A DNA stretch of 64,000 nt from Monocercomonoides exilis PA203. Taxonomy: Eukaryota; Protista; Preaxostyla. The stretch is from contig LSRY02000026.1 in the NCBI GenBank assembly GCA_001643675.2, forward strand, positions 496,001-560,000, written 5' to 3'. The notes beneath the pieces are model-generated. The model was not told where the DNA came from. It searched no databases and worked only from the letters and a program-made list of their open reading frames with translations. Position 1 is the first letter of the stretch. Each line of letters starts with the position of its first letter. Below, piece by piece: positions 1 through 11,627 of this stretch. The translations under genes were made by a program, and so were the position numbers.

Positions 1-2
1 TG

Positions 3-3000
3 ATCACAGAGACATTGAGATTTGGAGAACATTCAGTGATTGAGTTTGGCGAAGGGGTGGAATCAGTTATGTTTTGTGGATGTGAGGTGAACAACATTGA
101 GAAGAGAAGTGGAGATGGAGGATGGATGAATGGAATTGTTGGGGCAGAGAGAGATGAGGGGAAGAATGGGATAATTGTGATTGACTCGTGTGTTGTGAAG
201 GGGTGCAGGTGTGTTGGTGGAAGAGGAGGAGGGATGAGTGTTGTTGTGAATGGGAGTTGTGTGATTGATGGGTGCGAGGCGAAGGGTTCAGGGGAGAGTT
301 CAGAAGGGAGAAGTGAAGGGAGAGGGGGGGGGATGATGATTGTGATGGAGAGCAGGGATGGCTCAATGAAAATGGAATCTGGAAGAGAGGGATTGTTTGT
401 GTTTGGAGAGGATAACAAAGCTCAATATGGGAAGGATGTGTTTGTTGAATGTGGTGGAGGAGTGTTGTTGGAGTGGAAAGTGAATGGAAGTTCATTATCA
501 TTTTTTGACTCAAGTGTGATTCCAACAGATGTTGTGAAGTTGTGTGGGAGTGAGGATGGGAGAGAAGGGGAAGTGATTCCGCTGTTTGTGTATTTGTGTT
601 CAATTGGCTCGAAGCTGAGAGTTGATGGGAGAGGAGAGAGGGCGCTGGATCAGAGCCATTGTGGGTTTGAGGAGTTTGGGTGTTTGACGATTGATTATTG
701 TGTTGGGAAGAGGGCGAGCAGCAATGTGAATGAAATTGAAGTTATCTCAGAATCATGGATAAAGAATGAGATGAAAGTGGTTTCATTTGATTTGAGTGTT
801 TCAGGGAAAGAAGAGGGGATGAGGGTGGTTGTGAGAGATGAAGGATCGATTAATCAAAATAACCTTATTGAGTGCGCAAAATCATTTGAGATGAGATATT
901 TGTCATTTGTGCTGAATGAAGATATGAATGGGAAGAGATGTGGATTTATCCACTCCTCCTCATCATCATCAACCATCACAATGACCAGCTGTTCAGTCAC
1001 ATTTGGAAATGATGAAGTGATTGGATTCAATGTGATTTGTGTTGAGGGAGGAGGGCTGACTGTGAATGGATTTGTGATGGAAGGGGGAGTGAGAATGAGT
1101 GGGAAATCACCAATTGTTGTTTCGAATGGAGCTCAATTGGAGATTGTGAACAGCCGAATGAGTGGAGTGGAAGTTGTTGGTGGGAGTGAAGGAGGAGGAG
1201 GAGGAGGATGTTTGAATGTAGAAATGAGTGTGAATGGGAATGTGAATATTGAAGGATGCAATTTGTCATCAGTGTGTTCAGGGGGGAGTGGGATGAAAGG
1301 GGGAGGGATGAAGATATCAGTGGGGAAGGGAGGGAGTTTGGAGATGAAAGGAGTGAAATTATCGGGATGTGTTGTGCCAACAAGTGAGATTGTGAGCGGA
1401 GGGAGAGGAATGGGAGGAGGGATGTTTGTGAAGCTGGCAGATGAGATGGGAACATTTGTGATGGAAGGGATGGGATTTGAGGGATGTGATGGGTGGAAAG
1501 GGAAGAATGTGTTTGTGTCAGGATGGGATCTGAGAGAGATTGTGAATGAGGAGCACCTGAAATGGGAGATAAAGGAAGAGGAGTTGGGGTCATTGGATGA
1601 ATTGTGTGGATGGGAGAGGAAGACGACAGGAGAGGAGGGGTTTGTGATTCCACTGGTTGTGTATTTGTGGAGGAATAGGAGTGGGGATGGGTTTGTTTCA
1701 GTTGAGAAAGGAGGAGACTTCAGTGGGTGTGGGTATTCCGAGGCACCATGCTCATCGATTGACCACCTGATGTCACTTCGATATCCAACACTTGGAGAAG
1801 GGGAAACACATATTTCCATTGTGGGATCAGGGTTGCTGAGTCATTCCATTTCATTTTCTTCTTCATTTTCATCTTCAATTTCTTCATCAATATCAGAGTC
1901 ACAAAAAGTTGTGATTGAAGGGACAAAGAAAGGGACAGGAGTGACGATCAGTGATGAAGATGAGAATGATTTGTCTGATGATGGTTCAATGATCTCCTCG
2001 AATGTGAGTCTGTCATTTGTGAATGTGTCATTCACAAAACCAACTGTCACAACCCATCATTCAGTGTTGATTGAATCCTCTGGAACAAACACATTATTGT
2101 CAGTGTCAGATTGTTCATTTGGCCCAGGGAGAGGGGTGGCAGAGAGTTTTGGATATTGTGTGATGAGAGTGAATGGGGGGAGTGTTGTGATTGAGAGGAG
2201 TTCGTTGAGTTTGATTTCAGAGTTGAAAGGGTTCATCACTTTCATCCCAAGTGCAGGTGAGGTGACTGTTCAGAATGTGAACATTTCATTTGCTGGTGTG
2301 ATAGAAAGGAGCCTGATTTCGATGATGGAAGAGGAAAACCAGATGAATGGAGAAAAGAAGGTGTTTTCAAATGGGAACAGACCAGTTCTGAGGGTTGTTG
2401 GGTGTTCATTTGCGAACATCACGAATGAAGGGATTGGAGAGAGTGTTGTTGATGTGGGATCATTTGAAGATGGAGTGGAGTGTGTGGTGGATGAGTGTTC
2501 GATGTCGAGTTGCAAGAGTGGTTTGAGTGATGAAGGAGGGGGGATGAGAGTGGTGCTGAAGAGTGGGGAGTCGGTGTTGAAAGTGAATGGTAGCTCATTT
2601 TCGATGTGCAAGTGCTCGAGTGAGACAGGGTGTGGAGGGGGGCTGTTTATTGATGGGTCAGACCCACATGCGAATTATGGAAATGAGAGTCAGATTCCGC
2701 CTCTGAATTTCAAGATTGTGAATATCCTGTTTGTGATGAATGAGGCACATGTGGGGAAAGACGTGTTTGTCAGATGCCACTCGATTGAGCACCAGATCAA
2801 CGAAACACTGTTTGCGCTGAACTACAACCAGGAGTCACTGAACTCGAACAACTCGATCTGTGGGAGGGATGGTTGGAGCGAGGGAGATGTTGATCTGATT
2901 CCGCTGATCACATTCTATTATTCAGCACAGGTGTTTGTGAGTGGGAGAGGGAGTGATGGGAGGGGGTGTGGGGCACAGAGCAATCCGTGTGCAAGCATCG

Positions 3001-5858
3001 ACTGTGGGGTTGAGCACATTCAGGAAGGGGTGATGAATGGGATTCTGATTGATGGGGAAGGGTTTGTGAGGAAGGAGTGTGTGATTGGAGATCTGGTTGT
3101 GAATTCATTGAAAAAGACACAGGCGACAGTGAAACTGAACTCCAAGATTGAGAAATTAGCTGAGAAGGATTGTGTGATGGAGTTTGTGAATGAATGTTCA
3201 GTGGAGAGGTGCTCATTCCAGTTTGAAAATGGATTTGAATCAACTCACAATTGTCTCATGAAAGTGAAGAATGGTTCAATGGAGATGAGAAATTGTGAAT
3301 TCTTCTCTTCTCCAACAACAACAGTTGAGTTCATGAAGCTGAACAGTTCAATTGTGAGTGTGGAAAGTGGAGAGCTGAAGATATCAGAAACAACATTCAG
3401 GGATATTCATTCAACAAGATCAATTCTTTCATTTTGTGAAGAATCAGATGTGACAATTGATGAAACAGGAATATCGAATATAGAATGTGAGGGAGATGTT
3501 GTGAGTGTTGGAGGGAAAGCGAAGGTGGAAATGAAAGAGATGGGAGTAGAGAATGTGACTCTGTTGTTGGAGGGGTGTGTGATTGGGATGGAAGATGCTG
3601 AGCAAGAGGTGAGTGTGCTGAACAGCTCATTTGGAAGATGTGTGAATTCGGTGAACAAGGGAAGCATGATGCAGATCAGGAATTCCAAGAATGTGAGGGT
3701 TGAGATATGTGTGTTTGATGGAGAAAAAGAAATCGAGGTTATCAATGAAGAAAACAAGATAAAAGAGGGATTATGCAAATGGAATGGATCATTGGTTGAT
3801 GTTGAGAAGAGCAGAGTGGAGATGAGGGAAATAACGATTATGAAGAGCAAGGGAGGTGGGTTGTGGGTGAGTGGAGGGAGTATGAAGATTGAAAATGGAA
3901 AGTTTGAGAACAACAACCCATCGATTGAGGGATATCCATCAGCCAGAAGGAATGCGATTTGTGAAGGGAACGGGGAGTTGAATGTTGTGAGTGTGAAAGG
4001 GGGAGATGGGTTGAAAGATAACTCATCATTGTGGATATTGGATGAGGGATGCGAGTTGGGAGGGATAGCTTCGGAAAGAGGATCATCATTTTTCATCCCC
4101 ATTTTGGAAGTGAAGAACACAACACAGCCAAATGGGGATGTGGAGTTGATGATTGTGGGAAAGCTGCTTTTGCCATGTGATTTGTCAGTGAAGATGAGCA
4201 TGAAAAATGGGGATGAAGAGGAGATTGTGAGAAAGGGGATTGAAGAAGAAGGGTTTGTGTCAGAGAATGAGATTCACACGTTTGTTTCATGTTCAGAACT
4301 GGAGAAAGTGAGAGAAGAGACAGAAGTGAGTGTGTGGATTGTGTTTGTGAAAACAGGTTCCCTTTCATCAACAGAGCGGTTTATTGTGAAGAACAGGAGT
4401 GAAAGCGTTGGAAAAGGAGATGAAAGGATTGTTGAAGGAGGGAAAGAAGGGAAATCATCATGGGCTGTTTTTTGTCTGATATTTGTTGTTTTGTTTTTGA
4501 TCGTTCTGATTGTATCTGTTATTGTTACAATTCGTTGGAGAAAGGCAAAGAATGAAGCAAAAGACTTGAGAGAGATTGTGAATGACACAGTTAGGAAGGA
4601 TCCGAAGGCATTTGAGATGGTGACGATGGAGATGTCTCCTGAGGAGCAGTGGAGGAGGGCAGAGAGGGAAGCAGAAAAGAAGAATGAAGAGAGGATAAAG
4701 AAGAGGGTGTATGAGAAAAGCTTGGGACATTCAGAGTCATCAGAACATCTTCTTTCTGAGAGTGGATCGACTGAATACATCCTTGGAAGAGATTCAGACA
4801 AGATCCCTGATTGGGCATTGGAAAAGGAGGAGGAGGAAGAGATAAGGAAGAGAACACCTTCTCCTTCTATTTCATCCACAGACACATCAGATTCAGATTC
4901 AACATTTGTTCGATCGGAGAGTCTGTGTCCAACCACCTCTTCGATGTCGAATCTGGTGGATGCAATGGCCTGCTCATCTCCTCATGAGAAATTGATTGTG
5001 GATCTGAGGGATTCACTGTTCATGTTGTTGCATGGGCTGAACAAGACAAAGGAGATGGCAATTGGCACTCTTCAGGAGAGGGAGCAGACAGCTGCACAGA
5101 TCCTGTTCTGGGTGGCTAATCTGGCACTCCATTCGTTTGATGAAATGGAAAATGGATTATCTTCTCTTTCCACTCTGAGCCCTCACATTGTGCTGTTCTC
5201 AGAACATATGGTCATCTGCATCGTCATGCATTCTGATTTATTGTCAGATGATGATTCGGACTCATCATCCATCTCATCATCGACTGTTGTGACATCTGCC
5301 AGTGATGATAGTGACTCCCTTCCTTCATCAGCATTTGAGGATGAAGATAGCTTCAAAAAAGAGTGTTTGAGGTGGAAGGCGCCAGAGCTGCTGATGAACA
5401 AGAAGATGGGAGCAACAAAAGAATCAGTTGTGTTTTCGATTGGGATGATGCTGTGGGAGTGTCTGACACTGGATATCCCGTTTGGAGAGTATCCAGCAGA
5501 GGTGGCGGGAGATAAGATCTTGAATGGGGAGAGGCCAGACGTGACAGCTCTTGTTGAAGAAAGTGGGTTTGGAGAGCTTGTGGAGAGCTGCTGGAAATCG
5601 CAACGCTCGATTCGCATTTCTTTGGATGATCTGAAAAGAGAACTGTTTCGGCACTTTCCAGCTGGAACAATGATTCTGACAATGTCAGATGCGATTGAGG
5701 ATGAGGATGGCACAGAAGAGGAAAAGAGCAAAACAGAAGATGAAACACGGTTAATATCTGGATCACAAGAGAAACTTTCAGTGAATCCACCAAAAAGAGA
5801 GAGGAAAACAAGAAATGTTGATGAGAAAGAAATGGTGAAGGGGATAATAATTGTGTGA
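3..5858 (+). CDS. Large single-pass receptor-like protein with Cys/Gly-rich beta-helix-type ectodomain and cytoplasmic TKL/tyrosine-kinase-like pseudokinase; 5' end lies outside the window
   Basis: Frame open from base 3 to TGA at 5856-5858. Ectodomain has repeated CGxxxxxCxS/TID, GGG(M/L) and GK(D/N)VFV motifs. TM segment AVFCLIFVVLFLIVLIVSVIVTI followed by RWRK. Kinase C-lobe motifs LRWKAPELL, VFSIGMMLWECLT..PF, GERPD, LVESCW are present; no recognisable HRD or DFG. Confidence 0.85.
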   Translation: MTETLRFGEHSVIEFGEGVESVMFCGCEVNNIEKRSGDGGWMNGIVGAERDEGKNGIIVIDSCVVKGCRCVGGRGGGMSVVVNGSCVIDGCEAKGSGESSEGRSEGRGGGMMIVMESRDGSMKMESGREGLFVFGEDNKAQYGKDVFVECGGGVLLEWKVNGSSLSFFDSSVIPTDVVKLCGSEDGREGEVIPLFVYLCSIGSKLRVDGRGERALDQSHCGFEEFGCLTIDYCVGKRASSNVNEIEVISESWIKNEMKVVSFDLSVSGKEEGMRVVVRDEGSINQNNLIECAKSFEMRYLSFVLNEDMNGKRCGFIHSSSSSSTITMTSCSVTFGNDEVIGFNVICVEGGGLTVNGFVMEGGVRMSGKSPIVVSNGAQLEIVNSRMSGVEVVGGSEGGGGGGCLNVEMSVNGNVNIEGCNLSSVCSGGSGMKGGGMKISVGKGGSLEMKGVKLSGCVVPTSEIVSGGRGMGGGMFVKLADEMGTFVMEGMGFEGCDGWKGKNVFVSGWDLREIVNEEHLKWEIKEEELGSLDELCGWERKTTGEEGFVIPLVVYLWRNRSGDGFVSVEKGGDFSGCGYSEAPCSSIDHLMSLRYPTLGEGETHISIVGSGLLSHSISFSSSFSSSISSSISESQKVVIEGTKKGTGVTISDEDENDLSDDGSMISSNVSLSFVNVSFTKPTVTTHHSVLIESSGTNTLLSVSDCSFGPGRGVAESFGYCVMRVNGGSVVIERSSLSLISELKGFITFIPSAGEVTVQNVNISFAGVIERSLISMMEEENQMNGEKKVFSNGNRPVLRVVGCSFANITNEGIGESVVDVGSFEDGVECVVDECSMSSCKSGLSDEGGGMRVVLKSGESVLKVNGSSFSMCKCSSETGCGGGLFIDGSDPHANYGNESQIPPLNFKIVNILFVMNEAHVGKDVFVRCHSIEHQINETLFALNYNQESLNSNNSICGRDGWSEGDVDLIPLITFYYSAQVFVSGRGSDGRGCGAQSNPCASIDCGVEHIQEGVMNGILIDGEGFVRKECVIGDLVVNSLKKTQATVKLNSKIEKLAEKDCVMEFVNECSVERCSFQFENGFESTHNCLMKVKNGSMEMRNCEFFSSPTTTVEFMKLNSSIVSVESGELKISETTFRDIHSTRSILSFCEESDVTIDETGISNIECEGDVVSVGGKAKVEMKEMGVENVTLLLEGCVIGMEDAEQEVSVLNSSFGRCVNSVNKGSMMQIRNSKNVRVEICVFDGEKEIEVINEENKIKEGLCKWNGSLVDVEKSRVEMREITIMKSKGGGLWVSGGSMKIENGKFENNNPSIEGYPSARRNAICEGNGELNVVSVKGGDGLKDNSSLWILDEGCELGGIASERGSSFFIPILEVKNTTQPNGDVELMIVGKLLLPCDLSVKMSMKNGDEEEIVRKGIEEEGFVSENEIHTFVSCSELEKVREETEVSVWIVFVKTGSLSSTERFIVKNRSESVGKGDERIVEGGKEGKSSWAVFCLIFVVLFLIVLIVSVIVTIRWRKAKNEAKDLREIVNDTVRKDPKAFEMVTMEMSPEEQWRRAEREAEKKNEERIKKRVYEKSLGHSESSEHLLSESGSTEYILGRDSDKIPDWALEKEEEEEIRKRTPSPSISSTDTSDSDSTFVRSESLCPTTSSMSNLVDAMACSSPHEKLIVDLRDSLFMLLHGLNKTKEMAIGTLQEREQTAAQILFWVANLALHSFDEMENGLSSLSTLSPHIVLFSEHMVICIVMHSDLLSDDDSDSSSISSSTVVTSASDDSDSLPSSAFEDEDSFKKECLRWKAPELLMNKKMGATKESVVFSIGMMLWECLTLDIPFGEYPAEVAGDKILNGERPDVTALVEESGFGELVESCWKSQRSIRISLDDLKRELFRHFPAGTMILTMSDAIEDEDGTEEEKSKTEDETRLISGSQEKLSVNPPKRERKTRNVDEKEMVKGIIIV

Positions 5859-6993
5859 GAAGGGTTTTGTTGAGAAGATATTTCTGGGTGCGAAAGAAAC
5901 ATTTTCACCGTTTTCAAAGAAAAGATGGCAAATGTTTTGGAGTTCTTGTGCAACATGTGAAGGTTTCATTTTCTGGATAATGAGACACATTTGAAAGAGA
6001 AGAGATGATGATGATATTGAGATATTTGGGAAAACATTTCTCTTGTGGAATGTTAAGATTTATCTTCATTTCTTTGAATTCAGTTTTCTGATTTAATATT
6101 CATTTAGAAACTCATTTGTGTGTTTGTGTATGTATTCAAAAGGATTAAAAAATATCTTATAAAAAAATTCTTTCTTTAATATTTTATCTGATTGTTTCGT
6201 TTTTATGTATGTATTCAGAAAATCATAATTTTTGCAAAGCCTTTTGTTTATGTGTACGAATGAATGATTGTGATGACTTCTCTAAGAGCGGAATGTGTGA
6301 TCTTTTCATAATATTGATAAAATAATCTTCAAAATTATTAAATCTTCATTGTGTTTTCACACACATTTTTCACAATCGTTTTTTCAGTTATATTTTTTTC
6401 ATGTCATTTTCATGAAAACAAACACAACAATTAATTGAAATTCGACAAAACAATGAATTTCATTTCGCAGAAAAATGCCTGAATCATTCTTTTCTTTTTG
6501 TGAATCAACAGATATGAGAAAACAATCAAAACAATTTTTGAAACAGCGAAAGAGGAAGATAAGAAATGATGAAAACTTGACTCATATGATTATCTGGGCT
6601 CTTCAAATTCATTGAAACACAAATCATTGAGAGTCAAATGTGTTCTTTAAATGTCTCAAAAGTTATAAATGAATAGCAAGTTTATCTTTTATAACAAAAA
6701 TAAAGGACACTCAAGACAATGATTATCTTTGCCACAACTGTCATAATATTTTTATTTATTTTTTTTCTATTTGATCAAAAACATGTTTGTATTTCCATGA
6801 ACTTTCAAATCTGAAAATTTGGTGAATTGAAAACTGTCAATGCTCATCTCTTCCATATGTTTTTTTTAATCTCTGATTGTACAAAATATCGTCTATTTTT
6901 TTTTATTATAATCAAATCATTAATGGTTGTTTTTTCACTTTTCAAGAAATCATTGACACTCAATTATTCCATTATAAAAAAAATCAAAAATAC

Positions 6994-7253
6994 AAAAAAA
7001 AAAAAAAGAAAGAAAGAAAAAGAAAAAGGAAAAGGAAAAGGAAAAAGAAAAAGAAAGAAAGAAAAGAAAAGAAAAAGAAAGAAAAGAAAAAGAAAAGAAA
7101 AGAAAAGAAAAGAAAAGAAAAGAAAAGAAAAGAAAAGAAAAGAAAAGAAAAGAAAAGAAAAGAAAAGAAAAGAAAAGAAAAGAAAAGAAAAGAAAAGAAA
7201 AAGAAAAGAAAAAAGAAAAAGAAAAAAGAAAAAGAAAAAGAAAAAGAAAAAGG
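6994..7253. repeat. (AAAAG)n pentanucleotide / polypurine microsatellite
   Basis: About 260 bp of A/G only, with a perfect AAAAG core. Confidence 0.95.
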
Positions 7254-7860
7254 ATCAAATTTTTTGAAAAGATATCATGAAAAAAATGATTGATAATACA
7301 ATTTGTTTGAAATCTTTTTTGGGGATTATGTGCAAATTGGATAAATGCGAATGGGTGATTCTTTTTGAAATCTTCATCTTTTCGGAGTGTGGATTAATCC
7401 AATATTGTTTCTCGCAAGTTTGTTATCTTTCTGAAATGTGTTTTTCTTTATGAATAGTCACAAATGTTTAATATCTTGGTGAAATAATAATGTTACATTC
7501 ATGATCTGTTTTTACTTCAAATCCATCAAATTTCTCCATTAAGCACTAATTCCTGAATCAAATAGAATTTAATATTCTTATTTGCAAAATTATAGGGATG
7601 AAGAATCAATTGAAAAAAAATTTTCAAAAAAGGTTCAATAATATTAATAACAGGTATAACGCATTTACGTCAATTTAAAAAGAATCACTCTTCCACATAA
7701 AAAGGCCTCAAATATTTTGTTTTCTCACATAAATATATGCTTTCTTTGAAAAAATAAAGTTTTATATGAAAACCTGTGCAATATGAAATCAATAAATGGG
7801 TGATTATTTTAGAAATCGATTGTTTTTTTCGGAATAAGTGTAATTTTCTAATTCGCAGTT

Positions 7861-7931
7861 ATTAAAAAAAGAAAGTGGAGAATCAATTCCTTCTCTTTTT
7901 GAGAGACGCCACAATCTATGGGTCAGTCGCC
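7861..7931. repeat. DIRS copy 1 right ITR (50-bp core 7882-7931 plus 21-bp right extension)
   Basis: 7882-7931 is the exact reverse complement of 12363-12412. Confidence 0.9.
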
Positions 7932-8071
7932 CATTTGTGTGTTTTGGTGAATTGGATAAAAAACCGCTTTGCGCTTACAAAACCAAAAAGCGCAAAGAGA
8001 AGGAACTACAAAAAACACGAACAGTTTTGAAAACAGAACTTCAAAGGGTGGGAGTGAAAACGGTGGTGGGC

Positions 8072-8172
8072 AAAGAGAAGGAATTGATTCTCCACTTTCT
8101 TTTTTAATTAAAGTGCATAAGCACCTTAATTATCAAGAAAGTGTTTCATCAATTCCTTCTCTTTTTGAGAGA
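8072..8172. repeat. DIRS internal complementary region (ICR)
   Basis: Plus strand reads right-end sequence ...tctccactttctttttt-AAT-taaagtgcataagcacc... left-end sequence, i.e. the predicted circle junction, immediately 3' of the YR stop. Confidence 0.92.
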
Positions 8173-8177
8173 ATCAA

Positions 8178-11100
8178 TTAGTCGGATGATGAAGCCATCA
8201 TTACTACAACAGTGTGCGTCTTCTTTGCGTTGTTGCTCTCTTCCTCCTTTTTTGCTTGTGATCTTGTTCGAATAATGAATTGTTCTCCAAGTGACTTCCG
8301 TTCCTCCATCTCCTCATCAGGCTCATCCACTCTGGAAGGGAATTTAACAGTATCTTTAGCCTTTTCCTCACTCAAACATGGCTTCATCAGGCGCTTCTTG
8401 TCCCTCAGTACCATCCCAGATTCCATTGCTCGTCTATCATTATTGTTCCTCTGGTCTCTTTCTGGTCTGACACACCCCTTGCCACCATCCTCTGCTGACC
8501 GCTTGGTTGCTAACTCTTCACTGGGAGCATTCAAAGTTGAAGCAATCACTTTCCCCAATGTTGAAGCAAGATTGGCCTTCACATAATGCTTCACCAAAGT
8601 GTCTGTTCTAGGGGAAAGACAAGCAAACTTCGCAATCTGAGTTGGTGGAATTCCTGACATCGTTAGCGTTGAAAGCGTTGCAGCCTTTATTGAATAAGGA
8701 GTGAAATGGCCTGGAATTCCTGCTTCCTTCAACGTCTTTTTTGCCAATCGTCTAATACCTTCCACTGTTAGAGGATGAAAAGTTTCGGTATTTAAAAACA
8801 ATTTATTTCCATCTGGTCTTCTCTTTTGTGTTTCTTCCCACAAAACCTGAATAGCCGAAGCTGGGCAAATTGACGGGTTTTCATTTAAAAAAGGAACGGC
8901 AATCTCTGTTCGATTAAGCGATGTTTTGAGCCTTGTGTCCAGGTATATTCCTTCCTGCTCGAATCTTGATCTTTCCATATCTACTCTTTCCAACTCTGTA
9001 AACCTGCACGCAGTGAATAACATGGTGAGCACAATGGCTTTCATTGTCAGATGTTTGAAACTCAAGCTTTGATTTTCTCCAAGATTAGAAAAGAATGTCA
9101 GAATGGTCTTCGGATTCCAAATTTCTTGGACCTTCTTTTTTCTTGACCTCTCTGTTCTTCTAAACCCTTAAAACAATATTTTTATTATCGGAATATCCCC
9201 TAAATTTGTGTTGTAAACCAAGCTTGTGAAAAATGAAACTGCTGAGCGGATGAGTTGCAAACATGACAGCCTCATTCCATTGTCTCTAAGGGTAATAAAT
9301 ATACTGGAACATCGAGCTGCCCACTCGTGAATATCATCTGGAATTATGCCCATATCACTCTTTTCCCACTGTTCTCCAAAGTGTGCGAAGCCGAATAAAT
9401 ATCCATCCCACGTCGACTGAGCAATTCCCGATATGCACTCCTCTGCCAATGAAACTGGGAAAGATCTTTCTTCCAACGCCCCTCTCCACCAGCTCTCGCC
9501 TTTAACTCTGGTGGATTGATCAATATGACTCTTAACCGGCCTGGAGGAAGACATGCACCTGTGCTTGCCATTGATGGACCCTTTCTCAGTACTGTTCTCA
9601 GACTCTTCCATTCGAATGTCCGAAGAGGCGTCTTCTCCAACAGCACATCCCAGTTCTGCCCCTTCCAGTTCGGCAGGAGTAATACTACTGGTACTCTCTC
9701 CTTCTGTGCCTTCCGAATCGTCATTGGTATCAGGGGAACTGGGGGGTGTGCCAGAACGCACTCGTTCTTCCATGGATATGCTAGACCGTCTTCTCCCAAT
9801 GGGCTTCCTATTCCGCACCAACGATCGACCTTGTGGTTGTGTTGAGCTGCAAAGGCGTCCAGCGTTGGAGTAACTTGAAGCACCTCCAGAATCTGAGAGA
9901 GATCTTCGTCCGTAATGCTGTAGTCTCCTGCTCTTTCCAGGCGGGACAAAGCATCGGCTCTTGTGTTCTGCTGTCAAGGAAGATGAACTGCTTTCAGGAC
10001 TATTTTCAGTTTCTCCTTCAATGTCCATATCCTTTTGAGTGTCGGGTGAAGATTCCTTCCTGCATTCCATCTGTTCACGTTGAAGACGACTGCCGAATTG
10101 TCTGACCGAAGTTGCAACTGTGAAATCCGATTCTCTGCTAGGATTGGTGCAAAATGTGTTAGGGCAAGTTCTACTGCTTTTAATTCTCTGTAGTTGGATG
10201 ATTGGTTTTTCACGGAGAATGGAAAACGACTGTGACAATCTAGTGACATTCTGTTTATTCTGAGGGTTGCTCCCCAGGAGCTTTCTGATGCATCGGTGGT
10301 TAGTACTGCTTCTGGAATAAACACTGGTGTTAGTCTGCGTCTGGGGTTCTTCTTCAATGTCCATCTCCATCTTCTTATTTGCTGGAGGATTGACGCATTC
10401 AGCCTCATCATTCCATCCCATCCGTTTGTTAAAACTCCTTTCTGCAGCAATTTGAAGATTGATTGGAGGTGTAAAGATGCGTCTGGCAGAACGAAGCGTG
10501 TAGAACTGAGCTTTCCCACGAATGATGCTAAGTCCCTCACTCTGATAGTCTTGGCTCTTAAACACCTTCTCTCCCACCTGTGACACAGCTCTCGCACTGT
10601 TTTTCTTCTTTCCTTCGTTAGACACACATCGAAGCTTGTTGTATTCCATTCGAATCCAAGGAAGCTGAACTGCGAACTCGGTATGAGGTTGCACTTCTTC
10701 TTGTTTATCAGCAGACCGAGGCTTTCCAAAAATACGATTATCTCCTGAATTATTTTCTTCAAGACTTCTTGATCTTGATGCAGAAAAAGAAGGTCGTCCA
10801 AATAGGCAATGACTCTGACATCCCATCTCCTTCTTATCTCCGCTGTCACCTTCCTCATAATATGCGTGAACAGACGCGGTGCATCCACAAAGCCGAAAGG
10901 CATGCCTTTGAAGGAGTAATCTCTTCCCATGAATCTGAAAGCAAGATAGGGCATTAGCTCCTTTGAGACTGGGATTAAGTAATAAGCTTGTTCCAAGTCT
11001 AGGGATACTGCGTAATATTTCCGTCTTATCAGCCGTTCCACTGTCTTTTCTCCATCGCACTTGTAATGTGTTCTCTTCACCGCTGCATTCAGTTTCCGAC

Positions 11101-11627
11101 AATCGAGAATCTGTCTCCAGCTGCCTGACTTCTTTTGAATAAGAAATACATTGTTTCTGTATTTCACATCCTTCTGCTCCATCGGGATAACGACTCCTGT
11201 TCGTATTTGTTCTTCTGATATTTTCTTGAATTTCTTGATCTTTTGTTGGTTGAGAAGCAACGCTCCGTCTCTGAACTGCACTTGGCTGAGAGCTTTCCTG
11301 GACTGCTTGCTCTTCCACATGGCCTGCACTCCATTGCTTATCAATTTCTCTCCTCCGATTCGCTTCTATGCCGAGATAAACAATGCTGTTCTTCCTCCTA
11401 TCTGCCTCCTCTGCTCTGTCTCCTTGTGAACTGGCTCTAAAATTGTTGACGCCCCCCTGGTCTCCTGCTCCAACTGCTCTGGTTCCTCCTTCTTCCGAAT
11501 TGCTGTCTTCTTGCGAGCGCTGAGGACCGGGGGTATCTCCGAAAAAACCGTGTATTTGTGTGAGAAATGGGATAACTATATCTTCTTTGAAGTGTTCCTG
11601 GTTGTTCTCTAACAGGAGCCTGAACAC
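8178..11627 (-). pseudogene. DIRS long overlapping ORF ending in the tyrosine recombinase (one in-frame TAA at 9168-9170)
   Basis: ORFs 9168..11627 and 8178..9065 are in one frame. YR motifs ACRFTEL, KTS, PYSIKAA and VKHY. Confidence 0.88.
9344..11575 (-). pseudogene. DIRS pol: reverse transcriptase, RNase H and DNA N6-adenine methyltransferase (in-frame TAG 11366-11368, TGA 9974-9976)
   Basis: RT: IGGR...[W->stop], WRQILDCRKLN, SLDLEQAYY, MPFG, YLDD. RNase H: TTDAS, ELKAV, SDNSAVV, HLP*QQNTRADALSR. Methyltransferase: LDAFA...AHPPV...LLPNW. Confidence 0.92.

Noticed and set aside
67-5990. Many Ser/Pro/His/Leu-rich minus-strand ORFs over the receptor gene (likewise over 27-32 kb, 42-49 kb and 62-64 kb)
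   Set aside because: Antisense shadows of G/A-skewed coding strands; no domains of their own.
6827-7293. Lys/Arg-rich and Phe/Ser-rich ORFs
   Set aside because: Translations of the AAAAG microsatellite.
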